Origin: Candidatus Eiseniibacteriota bacterium
Lineage (GTDB): Bacteria > Eisenbacteria > RBG-16-71-46
Length of the DNA: 64,000 nt
Direction: 5' to 3'
Assembly (NCBI GenBank): GCA_044223005.1
Contig: JBGAML010000001.1
Span: 352,001-416,000 of the forward strand
A model generated the notes under the pieces. That model ran no database searches. It worked only from the letters and a program-made list of their open reading frames with translations, and had not been told where the DNA came from. Below, one piece after another: positions 9,136-18,448 of this stretch. The translations under genes were made by a program, and so were the position numbers. Numbering within the stretch: position 1 is the first letter of the stretch; the number at the start of each line of letters is the position of its first letter.

Positions 9136-10496
9136 GTGCGCGCCCTTTGGCCCGTGCGATCGAGCAGCGCGAGTCCCTCGCGCCGCGCGTCGGCCACCAC
9201 GTCGAGCGGATCCATCGTCTTCCACTCGCCCCAATCGTAGAGCACCTTGCCCGCCACCATCGTCATCGTGACGTCGCTCGAGTTCGCACCGTGGACGAGC
9301 GCCGTGTACGGCTGCTCCTCGCCGAACGGCGCGCAGCGCGGCGTCGAGACGTCCACGCAGCAGACGTCGGCCTGCTTGCCCGGCTCCAGCGAGCCGATCT
9401 GGTCGAACATCCCGAGCGCCCGCGCGCCGTCGCAGGTGGCGAGCGCGACCACGTCGCGCGCGGGCATCGGCGCGTCGCGGTGCAGCACGCGCGTGATGCC
9501 GCCCGCGATGCCCATCTCGACGAACGTGTCGAGCCGGTCGTTGCACGCGCCGCCGTCGGCGCCCAGGCCGCAGCGGATGCCGTGCTCGCGCCACGCCTTC
9601 ACGTCGGCGAGGCCCGAGGCGAGCTTCAGGTTCGAGCCCGGGCAGTGCACCAGCGCCGCGTCGGCCGCCTTCATCATGCGCATCTCGTCCTCGTCGAGCC
9701 ACACGCCGTGCGCGCCCACGAACCGCTCGCACAGCACGCCGTGCTCCACGAAGTAGGGCGCCGCGTGCTTGCCCTTGGCCGACTTCACCTCGGCGCCTTC
9801 GGTCGGCGCCTCGGCGATGTGCGTGTGGATCAGCATGCCGCGCTCGCGCGACATGGCCGCGACGTCGTTCCAGAGCCCCTCGCTGCACGAGAGGATGAAC
9901 CGCGGCGCCAGCGTCACGCGCAGCCGGCCGTCGCCCGCGCCGTCGAAGCGCCGGGCGAGCTTTGCGACTTCCTCGAGCTGGTCCTTCGCCGGCTGCAGCA
10001 TGCCCGTGGGCACGCCTTCGCCCGCGTCCATCAGCGCCGGGCCGAACACCGCGCGCATGCCGGTGGATTCGAGCACCTCGCCGATCACCTCGGTGTGGCG
10101 CACCGTGCCCATGTCGTTGACGCACGTGACGCCGCCGGCCACCAACTCGCAGATGCCGAGCCGCGCGGAGGCCGCGATCGATTCGGGCGTGTGCGCGTGC
10201 TCCAGCGGCCAGATGCTCTCGCGCAGCCAGCGCAGCAGGTCGCTCTGCTCGGCGAGTCCGCGGAAGAGCGTCTGGCAGAGGTGCACGTGCGCGTGCACGA
10301 AGCCCGGCGTCACGAGGCAACCGGTGGCGTCGAAGCGCTTGAGCACGGTGCCTTCGGGCAGGCGCTCGAGCGCCTGCGGCACGGCCGGTCCGACGGCGGC
10401 GATGAGGTCACCCAGGACGAGCAGGTCGCCGCGCACGACCGTGCCGGCGGCGTCCATGCACACCAGTGTCCCGCTGTGGATCAGCCACGCGTCCAC
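9132..10496 (-). CDS. Amidohydrolase, MtaD/5'-deoxyadenosine deaminase-like
   Basis: PGFVHAHVHL, HTHIAE, AHGV, HCPGSNLKL, GADG, GSLEPGKQAD; RBS ggagg. Confidence 0.9.
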   Translation of the reverse strand: MDAWLIHSGTLVCMDAAGTVVRGDLLVLGDLIAAVGPAVPQALERLPEGTVLKRFDATGCLVTPGFVHAHVHLCQTLFRGLAEQSDLLRWLRESIWPLEHAHTPESIAASARLGICELVAGGVTCVNDMGTVRHTEVIGEVLESTGMRAVFGPALMDAGEGVPTGMLQPAKDQLEEVAKLARRFDGAGDGRLRVTLAPRFILSCSEGLWNDVAAMSRERGMLIHTHIAEAPTEGAEVKSAKGKHAAPYFVEHGVLCERFVGAHGVWLDEDEMRMMKAADAALVHCPGSNLKLASGLADVKAWREHGIRCGLGADGGACNDRLDTFVEMGIAGGITRVLHRDAPMPARDVVALATCDGARALGMFDQIGSLEPGKQADVCCVDVSTPRCAPFGEEQPYTALVHGANSSDVTMTMVAGKVLYDWGEWKTMDPLDVVADARREGLALLDRTGQRART

Positions 10497-10644
10497 ATCG
10501 CCTCCGTGCGAAACCCGAGGGGGACGGCATCCTTGCCGTCTGAAGAGCCCGCAGCAGGTTCGCCCCGCGGACGGGCGGCGTCAAGGGATTGCGTGGGGGG
10601 AGCGACGGACCGGATGCTTCGGATAAACTCCCGGCGGAGGTTGC

Positions 10645-11619
10645 ATGGGATCGGTGTTCGTTCCACGTTGGACAGCGCGCTGTCGCGACAGGCACGGTTT
10701 ATTCGCACTCGTCGCCGCGATCGCGACGATGCTCCTGCTGACGCCCGCGCGCCCGGCCGGCGCAATGATGGCGCCGCAGTTCGGGCCACCGTTCACGAAC
10801 GCGGACCATTTCGACCGGCTCGTTGGCCAAGACCGGCTCGTCATGTATGGAATCCTGATCGGGGTCCAGGATTCCGCGGGCCGAGCGATCCCATGGCAGA
10901 TCGCGACCGTCGCCGCGGATCGCGTGCTCGTGGGGCCGGCGGTTCGCGGTCCGGTTCGGGTTCTCGTTCCGGGCTGGCGACAGATGCGAGGTCGCCTGCG
11001 CCGGCAGGCCAGGTCGTCCGATCGCGACGTGCTCGTCACCGCGGCGAACGTTCAAGGGAAGTGGATCCTCGCCGACGAGTTCGAGAAGCCGTTCGACGGG
11101 CGCATGAGTGACGTCCTGGGCAGCGATTCCTACTCGGACGGTCCCGCGAATCCCTACGACGGAGCCGGCCGGCTCGTCCACCAGAGCGGCATCGTGCCCC
11201 TGCGTTGCGTCGATCGGCCCGGGTTCGAGCACGAGATCGCGGAGGCGATCAACCGGCGGCAGATCGAGAGCCTCGTCATGGCGAGCACGCTGATCGTCGT
11301 CGGGCGGCTCGAGAGCCCCTTCATGCACATCGACGATGGCACCGAGCTGCAGACGCTCGCCATCGACAGCGTACTCGCCGGGACGCGACCGCGAGCGCCC
11401 GTGCGGCTTCCATTCGACACTCGTGCCGGCATCGGCGGAGCCACCCCGCAGACCGGCATCTGGTTCCTCCGTCCCGCCAAGCCCGACGGCTGGCAGCTCG
11501 TCCATCGCGTGCGCGGCATGATCCCGCTCCGCCCCGGGCCGCGACCGATGGAGCCCGGCGACCCCGCGGCGCTGATCGCGCGCATCCGTTCGCTCGAGGC
11601 GAACCGGCGCTGGCGCTGA
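10645..11619 (+). CDS. Hypothetical, probably secreted protein; start uncertain
   Basis: Long ORF with hydrophobic N-terminal segment; somewhat atypical codon usage; no recognised motif. Confidence 0.55.
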   Translation: MGSVFVPRWTARCRDRHGLFALVAAIATMLLLTPARPAGAMMAPQFGPPFTNADHFDRLVGQDRLVMYGILIGVQDSAGRAIPWQIATVAADRVLVGPAVRGPVRVLVPGWRQMRGRLRRQARSSDRDVLVTAANVQGKWILADEFEKPFDGRMSDVLGSDSYSDGPANPYDGAGRLVHQSGIVPLRCVDRPGFEHEIAEAINRRQIESLVMASTLIVVGRLESPFMHIDDGTELQTLAIDSVLAGTRPRAPVRLPFDTRAGIGGATPQTGIWFLRPAKPDGWQLVHRVRGMIPLRPGPRPMEPGDPAALIARIRSLEANRRWR

Positions 11620-11669
11620 GCGCGGCGACCGCGCAGGGCCCGTGACTCCCGGCCCCGTTTTCCGTCATC

Positions 11670-12218
11670 ATGAATGCTCACCCGAGGGCCGCCCCCGTGC
11701 TCCTGCGCCGCGTCCGGTTGTTCGTCGCCTCCAGTCTCGACGGCTTCATCGCCGGTCCGGACGGCGCGCTCGACTGGCTCTTCACCGACGACGACTACGG
11801 CTACGACGCGTTCGCCGAGCAGGTCGACACCATCGTGATGGGCCGCCACACGTACGACACCGTGGCCGAGCTCCGCGAGTGGCCGTACGTGGGCAAGCAG
11901 GTCTGGGTGTTCACGCACGCGGGCGAACCGCCCACGGATCCGCGTGTCACGTTCACGCACGACGCGCCCGCGGAGTGGCTGATGGCGCGCTTCGCGGGCG
12001 ACGGACGCGACGTGGGCGTGGTCGGCGGCGGCGAGCTGATCGGCGCGTTCCTCGACGCCTCGCTCGTCGACGAGATCGAGGTCGCGCTGCATCCGGTGAT
12101 CCTCGGCCACGGCACGCCGCTCGTGCCGGCGGGCACGCGGCGCCATGCGCTGCGGCTCGTGAGCGCGAAGCCCTACCGCTCCGGGCTGCTGCTGCTGACG
12201 TACGTCGTCACGCGCTGA
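11670..12218 (+). CDS. Dihydrofolate reductase / RibD C-terminal domain family protein
   Basis: SLDGFIA, IVMGRHTY, VVGGGEL, LVDEI...HPVILGHG. Confidence 0.9.
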   Translation: MNAHPRAAPVLLRRVRLFVASSLDGFIAGPDGALDWLFTDDDYGYDAFAEQVDTIVMGRHTYDTVAELREWPYVGKQVWVFTHAGEPPTDPRVTFTHDAPAEWLMARFAGDGRDVGVVGGGELIGAFLDASLVDEIEVALHPVILGHGTPLVPAGTRRHALRLVSAKPYRSGLLLLTYVVTR

Positions 12219-12306
12219 ACACGCCGCGCGTTTCCGCGCGTTTTCACGCGCGCCGGCGCGCCCGCGCCGCTAGAATGCGTCCTCCCCCAGCCAACGGAGG
12301 ATGCTC

Positions 12307-13683
12307 ATGCAGCGCGTGGTGATGAAGTTCGGCGGCACGTCGGTCGGGATCGCGTCCAACTTCGCGGAAGCGCAGGGCCTCGTGCTCGCGGCCGCGAAAC
12401 GCGACGCGAAACCGCCGGTCGTGGTCGTCAGCGCGCTGACCGGCGTCACCAACACGCTCGTCGAGTTCTGCGCCGTGCCCTCGCGCCGACTGGCGCTCGC
12501 CGGCCGGATCGAGGAGCGCCACGAGTCGTTCGCCGCCGAGATCGGCACCGGCCGCGAGCCGATCGCCGCGCTGCTCGCCGAGTGGCGCGAGAACGCGAGC
12601 CGGCTCGCGCAGTCCGGCACCCTCTCCGGCGCCGAGCGCGACCGCGTGCTCGCGTTCGGCGAGCGCTTCGCGGCCGCGCTCTTCGCGGCGGGCCTGCGCG
12701 CGCGCGGCCTCGCGGCGACCGCGATCGAGGCCGGCGAGGCCGGGCTCGTCACCGACGAGCGCTTCGGCGCCGCGCACCCGCTGCCCGAGTCCGCGGCGCG
12801 GCTCGAGCACGCGCTGGCGCCCGCGGGCGACGTCGCCGTCGTCACGGGCTTCCTCGGCCGCACGCTCGACGGACGCACCACCACGCTCGGCCGCGGCGGC
12901 TCGGACTTCTCGGCGGCCATCGTGGGCGCGGCGATCGGCGCGGACGAGATCCAGATCTGGACCGACACGAGCGGCATGCTCTCGGCCGATCCGCGGATCG
13001 TGCCCGAGGCCGCGCCCGTGCCGCGGCTCTCGTTCGCCGAGGCGAGCGAGCTCGCGTACTTCGGCGCCAAGGTGCTCCATCCCAAGACGCTCCTGCCCGC
13101 CATGGACCGCGGCATTCCCGTGCGCATCCTCAACACCGCGCGCCCCGCCGATCCCGGCTCGCGGATCACCGCCACCGCCGAACCGAGCGACGCGGCGTGG
13201 CGCGTGAAGTCGATCGCGTGCAAGAAGGGCGTCACGGCGGTCACGATCGTCTCGACGCGCATGCTGCTCGCGCACGGCTTCCTGGCGCGCGTGTTCGAGA
13301 TCTTCGGGCGCCACCACCTGGTCGTGGACCTCGTCACCACGTCCGAGGTCTCGATCTCGGTCACGCTCGACGACGCGTCGCGGCTCGACCAGGCGCTCGC
13401 CGACCTCGAGGGCGTCGGCCGCATCGAGATGCGCCAGGGGCTCGCCGTGGTCGCCGTGGTCGGCGAGGGCGCGCCCACGCGGATCGGCCTCGCCGGGCAC
13501 GTGTTCACGCTGCTGGGCGGCGTCGGGATCGGCGTCGAGATGATCTCGCAGGGCGCCTCGCGCGTGAACCTCTCCTTCGTGGTGCGCGAGGAGGATGCGG
13601 ACAAGACCGTGCGGCTCCTGCATCGCGGGCTCGGGCTGGACGCCGAGGTCGCGTCCGGCACGACGGCCGGCCGCGCGTCGTGA
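12307..13683 (+). CDS. lysC: Aspartate kinase
   Basis: VMKFGGTSV, VVVSAL, TTLGRGGSD, EASELAYFGAKVLHP, two ACT domains. Confidence 0.93.
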   Translation: MQRVVMKFGGTSVGIASNFAEAQGLVLAAAKRDAKPPVVVVSALTGVTNTLVEFCAVPSRRLALAGRIEERHESFAAEIGTGREPIAALLAEWRENASRLAQSGTLSGAERDRVLAFGERFAAALFAAGLRARGLAATAIEAGEAGLVTDERFGAAHPLPESAARLEHALAPAGDVAVVTGFLGRTLDGRTTTLGRGGSDFSAAIVGAAIGADEIQIWTDTSGMLSADPRIVPEAAPVPRLSFAEASELAYFGAKVLHPKTLLPAMDRGIPVRILNTARPADPGSRITATAEPSDAAWRVKSIACKKGVTAVTIVSTRMLLAHGFLARVFEIFGRHHLVVDLVTTSEVSISVTLDDASRLDQALADLEGVGRIEMRQGLAVVAVVGEGAPTRIGLAGHVFTLLGGVGIGVEMISQGASRVNLSFVVREEDADKTVRLLHRGLGLDAEVASGTTAGRAS

Positions 13684-14216
13684 GCGCGGCGAAGGCCGGC
13701 ACCACGCGCTGGATCGCACTGCTGCGCGGCGTGTCGCCCACCAACGCGTCGATGCCGAAGCTGAAGGTCGCGTTCGAGGCCGCGGGCTTCGTCAACGTGA
13801 AGACCGTGCTCGCGAGCGGCAACGTGGCGTTCGACGCGCGCGCGGCGTCCGAGGCGGCGCTCGAGCGCGCCGTCGAGGCCGCGATCGCGAAGTCGCTCGG
13901 GCGCACCTTCTCCACGCGGGTCCGCTCGCAGGCGGCGTTGCAGGCGCTGCTCGACGCCGATCCGTTCGCGGCGTACCGCGTGCCGGCGAACGCCAAGCGC
14001 GTCGTGTCGTTCCTGCGCGCGAAGCGCAAGCCCCTCGTCGCGCTGCCGCACGGGCGCGACGGGGCCACGATCCACGGGCTCGCCGGGCGCGAAGCGTTCA
14101 CGAGCTATCTCCCGAGCCCGAAGGGCCCGGTGTTCATGAAGCTGATCGAGGAGGCGTTCGGCGACGAGGTCACCACGCGCACCCTCGACACGGTCGCGAA
14201 GCTCGCCCGGGCCTGA
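13680..14216 (+). CDS. DUF1697 family protein
   Basis: GTG overlapping lysC stop; IALLRGV, V.TVLASGNV.F, TTRT..TV.KL. Confidence 0.85.
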   Translation: MSAAKAGTTRWIALLRGVSPTNASMPKLKVAFEAAGFVNVKTVLASGNVAFDARAASEAALERAVEAAIAKSLGRTFSTRVRSQAALQALLDADPFAAYRVPANAKRVVSFLRAKRKPLVALPHGRDGATIHGLAGREAFTSYLPSPKGPVFMKLIEEAFGDEVTTRTLDTVAKLARA

Positions 14217-14230
14217 ATCGCGCGAGGGCT

Positions 14231-14259
14231 TTGCTTCCGCGCCCCGCGCCGACTAGCTT
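14231..14259 (+). promoter_or_regulatory. Putative sigma70 promoter for pabB (near-leaderless)
   Basis: TTGCTT-17-TAGCTT; ATG 9 nt after the -10 box; no SD. Confidence 0.5.
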
Positions 14260-14268
14260 CTGCGGGTC

Positions 14269-15708
14269 ATGACCCCCCGCGCCGAGCTGCCCCTGGTCCA
14301 CTCGCTCGAGCTCGCCCGCCCCCTCGCGCCGCTGCGGGCGCTGGCCGGCCTGCCGTATCCGTTCCTGCTCCATTCCTCGCTGCCCGACACGGGCACCGAC
14401 GGGCCGCGCCGCGCGCGCTGGTCGTTCTTCGGCGCCGATCCGTTCGCCGTCTTCCGCGGCGGCGATCACGCGACCGCGATCGAGACGTGGCGCCGCGTCG
14501 CCGCGCGCGCGCCGCACGCGCGCGCCGAACAGGCGCCCGGCGTGCCGTTCACCGGCGGCGCGGTCGGCTACTGGGCGTACGACTACGCGCGCCGGCTCGA
14601 GAAGATGCCCGAGCGCGCGATGAACGACCTCGGCTTGCCCGACTTCGTGATCGGGCTCTACGACGTCGTCGGCGCGTACGACCACGACACGCAGCAGACG
14701 TGGCTCTTCTCGAGCGGCCTGCCGCTCGAGGGCGAGGCCGCCGAGACGCGCGCCGCCGAACGCCTGGCGCAGCTGCGCGCGCGCATCCTCGCGCCCGGGC
14801 GCGCGCCGCTCGCGATCGAGCGCGGCGCCGCGCCGATCGTCGTGCGCGGCAACTTCAGCGAGGCGCTCTGGACCGACGCCGTGCGCGCGGCGCAGCAGTA
14901 CATCGGCCGCGGCGACATCTATCAGGCGAACCTCGCGCAGCGCTGGCGGATCGAGTGGCCCGACGCGCTCTCGCTCGCGCCCGCGCTCTACGAGTCGCTG
15001 GTGCAGGTCTCGCCCGCGCCCTACGCCGGCTACCTGCAGGCCGACGATCACGCGCTGCTGTGCGCGAGCCCCGAGCGCTTTCTCGAGCTGCGCGGCGCCT
15101 ACGTGGAGACGCGGCCCATCAAGGGCACGCGGCCGCGCGGCGCCACGCCCGCCGAGGACGAGCGCCTCGCCGCCGAACTGCTGGCGAGCGAGAAGGACCG
15201 CGCCGAGAACGTGATGATCGTCGACGTGCTCCGCAACGATCTCGGCAAGGTGTGCGAGGGCGGCACCGTCGCCACCACGGGCCTCTGCGAACTCGAGCGC
15301 TTTCCGCAGGTGCTCCACCTCACCTCGACCGTCACCGCCCGGCTGCGCGAGGGTCTCGACGCGTTCGACCTGCTGCACGCGTGCTTCCCCGGCGGCTCGA
15401 TCACCGGCGCGCCCAAGCTGCGCGCGATGGAGATCATCGAATCGCTCGAGCCCGTCCGGCGCCACGCCTACACGGGCGCGATCGGCTGGGTCGGCTGGGA
15501 CGGCGACGCGGACTGGAACATCGCGATCCGCACCGCGACCGTCACCGGGAGCGGGATCGTCTTCCACGCCGGCGGCGGCATCACCGCCGACTCCGACCCG
15601 GCGGCGGAGTATCGCGAAACGCTGGACAAGGCCGAGGGCCTGCGCGCCGCCTTCTCCCGGGTGCTCGGCGAGATCGTGATCGACGGCGGCGTCCGGACCG
15701 CACCGTGA
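14269..15708 (+). CDS. pabB: Aminodeoxychorismate synthase component I (anthranilate synthase I family)
   Basis: GDIYQANL, ASPERFL, TRPIKGT, KDRAENVMIVD.LRND, FPGGSITGAPK, NIAIRT. Confidence 0.88.
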   Translation: MTPRAELPLVHSLELARPLAPLRALAGLPYPFLLHSSLPDTGTDGPRRARWSFFGADPFAVFRGGDHATAIETWRRVAARAPHARAEQAPGVPFTGGAVGYWAYDYARRLEKMPERAMNDLGLPDFVIGLYDVVGAYDHDTQQTWLFSSGLPLEGEAAETRAAERLAQLRARILAPGRAPLAIERGAAPIVVRGNFSEALWTDAVRAAQQYIGRGDIYQANLAQRWRIEWPDALSLAPALYESLVQVSPAPYAGYLQADDHALLCASPERFLELRGAYVETRPIKGTRPRGATPAEDERLAAELLASEKDRAENVMIVDVLRNDLGKVCEGGTVATTGLCELERFPQVLHLTSTVTARLREGLDAFDLLHACFPGGSITGAPKLRAMEIIESLEPVRRHAYTGAIGWVGWDGDADWNIAIRTATVTGSGIVFHAGGGITADSDPAAEYRETLDKAEGLRAAFSRVLGEIVIDGGVRTAP

Positions 15709-16568
15709 CGCGCCGCGCGGGCGGCGTCCGGCTGCCCGACCGCCCGGTCTGGATCGACGGCCGGATCGTCCGCGGCGAGGCCGCGACGGTGAGCGTGTTC
15801 GATCGCGGCGCGCGCGACGGCGGCGGCATCTTCGAGACGCTGCGCGTGTACGCCGGGCGGCCGTTCGCGTGGGAACGCCACATGGAGCGGCTGGTACTGG
15901 CCGCCGCCGAGCTGGGATTCCCGGTTCCGCCCGGGCCCGGGGCGCTGCGCGATGCCGTCGGCGAGCTGCTCGCCGAGGCCGGGCTGGCCGAGGCGGTCGT
16001 CCGCATCACCGTGACGCGCGGCGTCGCGGGCGGGCGGCCGACGCGCTGCGGCGCGTGGGTCGAGGCCGAGCCGCTCGGCGGCCGGCTCTGGGCCGGCACG
16101 CGCCGGGGCGCCGGCGACGCGATCGTCTCGCCGCTGGTGTTCGATCCCGGCTGGCTCGGGCGCTACAAGACGACGAGCCGCCTGGCGTGGGACCTCGCCC
16201 GCGAACAGGCGAAGGCGCTCGGCGTCGACGAAGCGCTGCTCGTCGGCCCGGGTGGCCAGGTGCTGGAAGGCGCCGCGAGCAACGTGTTCGTGTTCCGCGA
16301 CGACGAGGTGCTGACGCCCCCGCTCGCCGCCAACGTGCTTCCCGGCGTCACCCGGTCGATCGTCCTGGAGCTCTGCCGCTCGCTGGGGATCCGGCGGCGC
16401 GAGACGGCGATCGTTCGCGAGCACTTGCGCTGGGCCGAGGAGATCTTCGTCACCAACTCCGTGCAGGAAGTGCTGCCGCTGGCCTCGCTGGACGGCCGCG
16501 CCCTCCTGCCGGGCGAGGCCGCGCCCCGACTGCGCGACGCCTACCGGGCCCTCGTCGCCGCCGGCTGA
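15705..16568 (+). CDS. Aminotransferase class IV (probable aminodeoxychorismate lyase)
   Basis: GTG overlapping pabB stop; G.FETLR, YKT, EG..SNVF, LPGVTR, E.FVTNS. Confidence 0.88.
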   Translation: MTRRAGGVRLPDRPVWIDGRIVRGEAATVSVFDRGARDGGGIFETLRVYAGRPFAWERHMERLVLAAAELGFPVPPGPGALRDAVGELLAEAGLAEAVVRITVTRGVAGGRPTRCGAWVEAEPLGGRLWAGTRRGAGDAIVSPLVFDPGWLGRYKTTSRLAWDLAREQAKALGVDEALLVGPGGQVLEGAASNVFVFRDDEVLTPPLAANVLPGVTRSIVLELCRSLGIRRRETAIVREHLRWAEEIFVTNSVQEVLPLASLDGRALLPGEAAPRLRDAYRALVAAG

Positions 16569-16770
16569 GCGTGGCGCGCCCGCCACGGGCGCTGCGCCGA
16601 AGCACGCACGTCGCCGGGTGGGATGGCGCAGCATCCGGACCTCGTTCCGGACGACACGAGCATGAGGGCGACCAACGGACCGTCGCTCGCGCGTGTCCTG
16701 CACGCACTTCCGGCTCAAGCCGATCGCATTCGCGCCGAAACCGGAAAGAGGCGCGCTCGAGTGCGAATCG

Positions 16771-16786
16771 TGGCATGTGGCGTGCT
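16771..16786 (+). promoter_or_regulatory. Putative sigma54 -24/-12 promoter
   Basis: TGGCATGTGGCGTGCT with correct GG...GC spacing, ~100 nt upstream of 16885. Confidence 0.45.
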
Positions 16787-16884
16787 CATCTCACACCACA
16801 GATCCGTGCCGGCCCCTCTCCCCGGCTTCACCGATCCGCCGCGGGACAGGTTGCCGGCCAGCACGATGCCCTCGGGAGACGTTC

Positions 16885-18258
16885 ATGCAGGTCAAAGGCG
16901 GCCGGCTCGAACTCCTGGTGCCCCACATGCTCCGCAGCCAGCTGCTGCGGCCGGGGTTCGTGCGCATGAGCCTGCGACTGGGCGCCGCCCGCCAGATGCC
17001 GGCCTGGGCCAAGCTCCAGTTCACGAGCCACGGCATCGGCCCCGAGGACCTGGACCACGTGCTCGGCCGCGTCGACGGCCTCGAGTCCTGGGCCGCCGAG
17101 TGGGAAGCCATGGGCAAGGCGCACGAGGCGCGCGGCCACGACGCCCTGACCTGGGGCCGTCCCGCCGAGGCCGCCCGTCGCTTCCTGACCGCGTCGGCCG
17201 CCTACAACTTCGCCCAGTACGTCATCTTCCTGGACCCGGCCCGCAAGCGCGAGCTGCACCAGTCCTGCGTCCGCGCCTACGCGCTCGCCGCGCCGCACTT
17301 CGAGGTGCCGGCGGTCCCGTTCGAGGCGCCGTTCCGCAACCGGCAGATCCGCGGCTACCTGCGCGTGCCGCCGGGCGACGGCCCGCGGCCCGTGGTCGTG
17401 ATCTTCAACGGCACGAACGCCGTGAAGGAAGAGCTGCACTGGTGGTCGGAATCGCTGGTCGCCCGCGGCATCGCCACGATCACGTTCGACGGCCCCGGGC
17501 TCGGCGAGACCTTCCACCGCCTGAGCTACGTCGCCGAGCCGCGCCCCGTGGGCGTGGCGATCGTGAACCACATCGAGAGCATTCCCGAGCTGGACCCCGA
17601 TGCGATCGCGTTCATGGGCCTCTCGCTCGGCGGCTACTGCGCGATCCGCATGACCGCCCACGACCCGCGCGTGCGCGCGGTCGCCGCGGTGAGCCCGCCG
17701 TATTCGGCCGACGTCTACTGGAACGTCACGCTCTACTCCATGCGGCGCGAGCTGGCGGCGCTCTACGACATGCCGATCGAGGAGATGGACCGCCACATCC
17801 CGCGCATCACGCTGGCCGACTCGCTGCCCAAGCTCGACCGGCCGCTCATGATCGCGGGCGGCGGCCACGACATGATCACGCCCGGCGACGAGGCGTTCCG
17901 GATCTTCGAGACCGCGCGCTGCGAGCGCGAGCTGGTCTTCTACCCGCGCGGCGCCCACGACTGCTTCAACGTGCTCGGCGACCTGCGCCCGCGCATGGTG
18001 ACGTGGTTCGCGCGCCAGCTCGGCAAGCACCGCACCGGTCTCGTGCCGCGGCCGCGCCGCGCCACGCCGCCGCCGCGGGACCCGTACTGGGTCGCCGCCG
18101 AGGCCGTGGATCCCGACTTCGCCGACGAACTGCGCGGCGAACCGAACGGCGTCGAGTGGCACGCGCCCGTCGAGCCACAGAGCCTGGGCGCGCTCTTCCG
18201 CTGGCCATGGGCAGTGGAGAAGAGCCTGCAGGTGGTGCACAAGGCGGTGATGGCGTAG
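16885..18258 (+). CDS. Alpha/beta-hydrolase (FrsA / 2,6-dihydroxy-pseudo-oxynicotine hydrolase-like) with C-terminal extension
   Basis: FDGPGLGE, GLSLGG nucleophile, GG.HD, GAHDC. Confidence 0.85.
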   Translation: MQVKGGRLELLVPHMLRSQLLRPGFVRMSLRLGAARQMPAWAKLQFTSHGIGPEDLDHVLGRVDGLESWAAEWEAMGKAHEARGHDALTWGRPAEAARRFLTASAAYNFAQYVIFLDPARKRELHQSCVRAYALAAPHFEVPAVPFEAPFRNRQIRGYLRVPPGDGPRPVVVIFNGTNAVKEELHWWSESLVARGIATITFDGPGLGETFHRLSYVAEPRPVGVAIVNHIESIPELDPDAIAFMGLSLGGYCAIRMTAHDPRVRAVAAVSPPYSADVYWNVTLYSMRRELAALYDMPIEEMDRHIPRITLADSLPKLDRPLMIAGGGHDMITPGDEAFRIFETARCERELVFYPRGAHDCFNVLGDLRPRMVTWFARQLGKHRTGLVPRPRRATPPPRDPYWVAAEAVDPDFADELRGEPNGVEWHAPVEPQSLGALFRWPWAVEKSLQVVHKAVMA

Positions 18259-18272
18259 GCGGCGCGCGGGGT

Positions 18273-18424
18273 GCGGTCGACCGGATCGCCGCGACCGCTT
18301 GACCATTGCCACATAGGACAGGATCCGGAGCACGTCCTATATGGCAATGGTCAAGTGCAGTCGAGACACACGGGGCGCGCGTCGCGAACGACGCGCGCCC
18401 CGTGTGCGTTTCGGCGCCCCTGCG
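18273..18424. repeat. Composite palindromic element copy B (three hairpins); left direct repeat of NHL gene 2
   Basis: Aligns along its length to 19642-19791. Confidence 0.9.
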
Positions 18425-18448
18425 AGTGAAGACACGACGGCCGGAGGA

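Noticed and set aside
7927..10320. 797-aa ORF as a frameshifted or fused amidohydrolase
   Set aside because: The upstream part is out-of-frame shadow of 9132-10496; the real gene starts at GTG 9135 with a standard GTGA overlap
10500..10590. Riboswitch upstream of the amidohydrolase operon
   Set aside because: Only a promoter-like TTGACG-17-GAACCT and one short hairpin on the minus strand; leader too short and no aptamer consensus
14269..16568. pabB plus class IV aminotransferase without an adjacent pabA as a novelty
   Set aside because: The amidotransferase is commonly shared with trpG or encoded elsewhere
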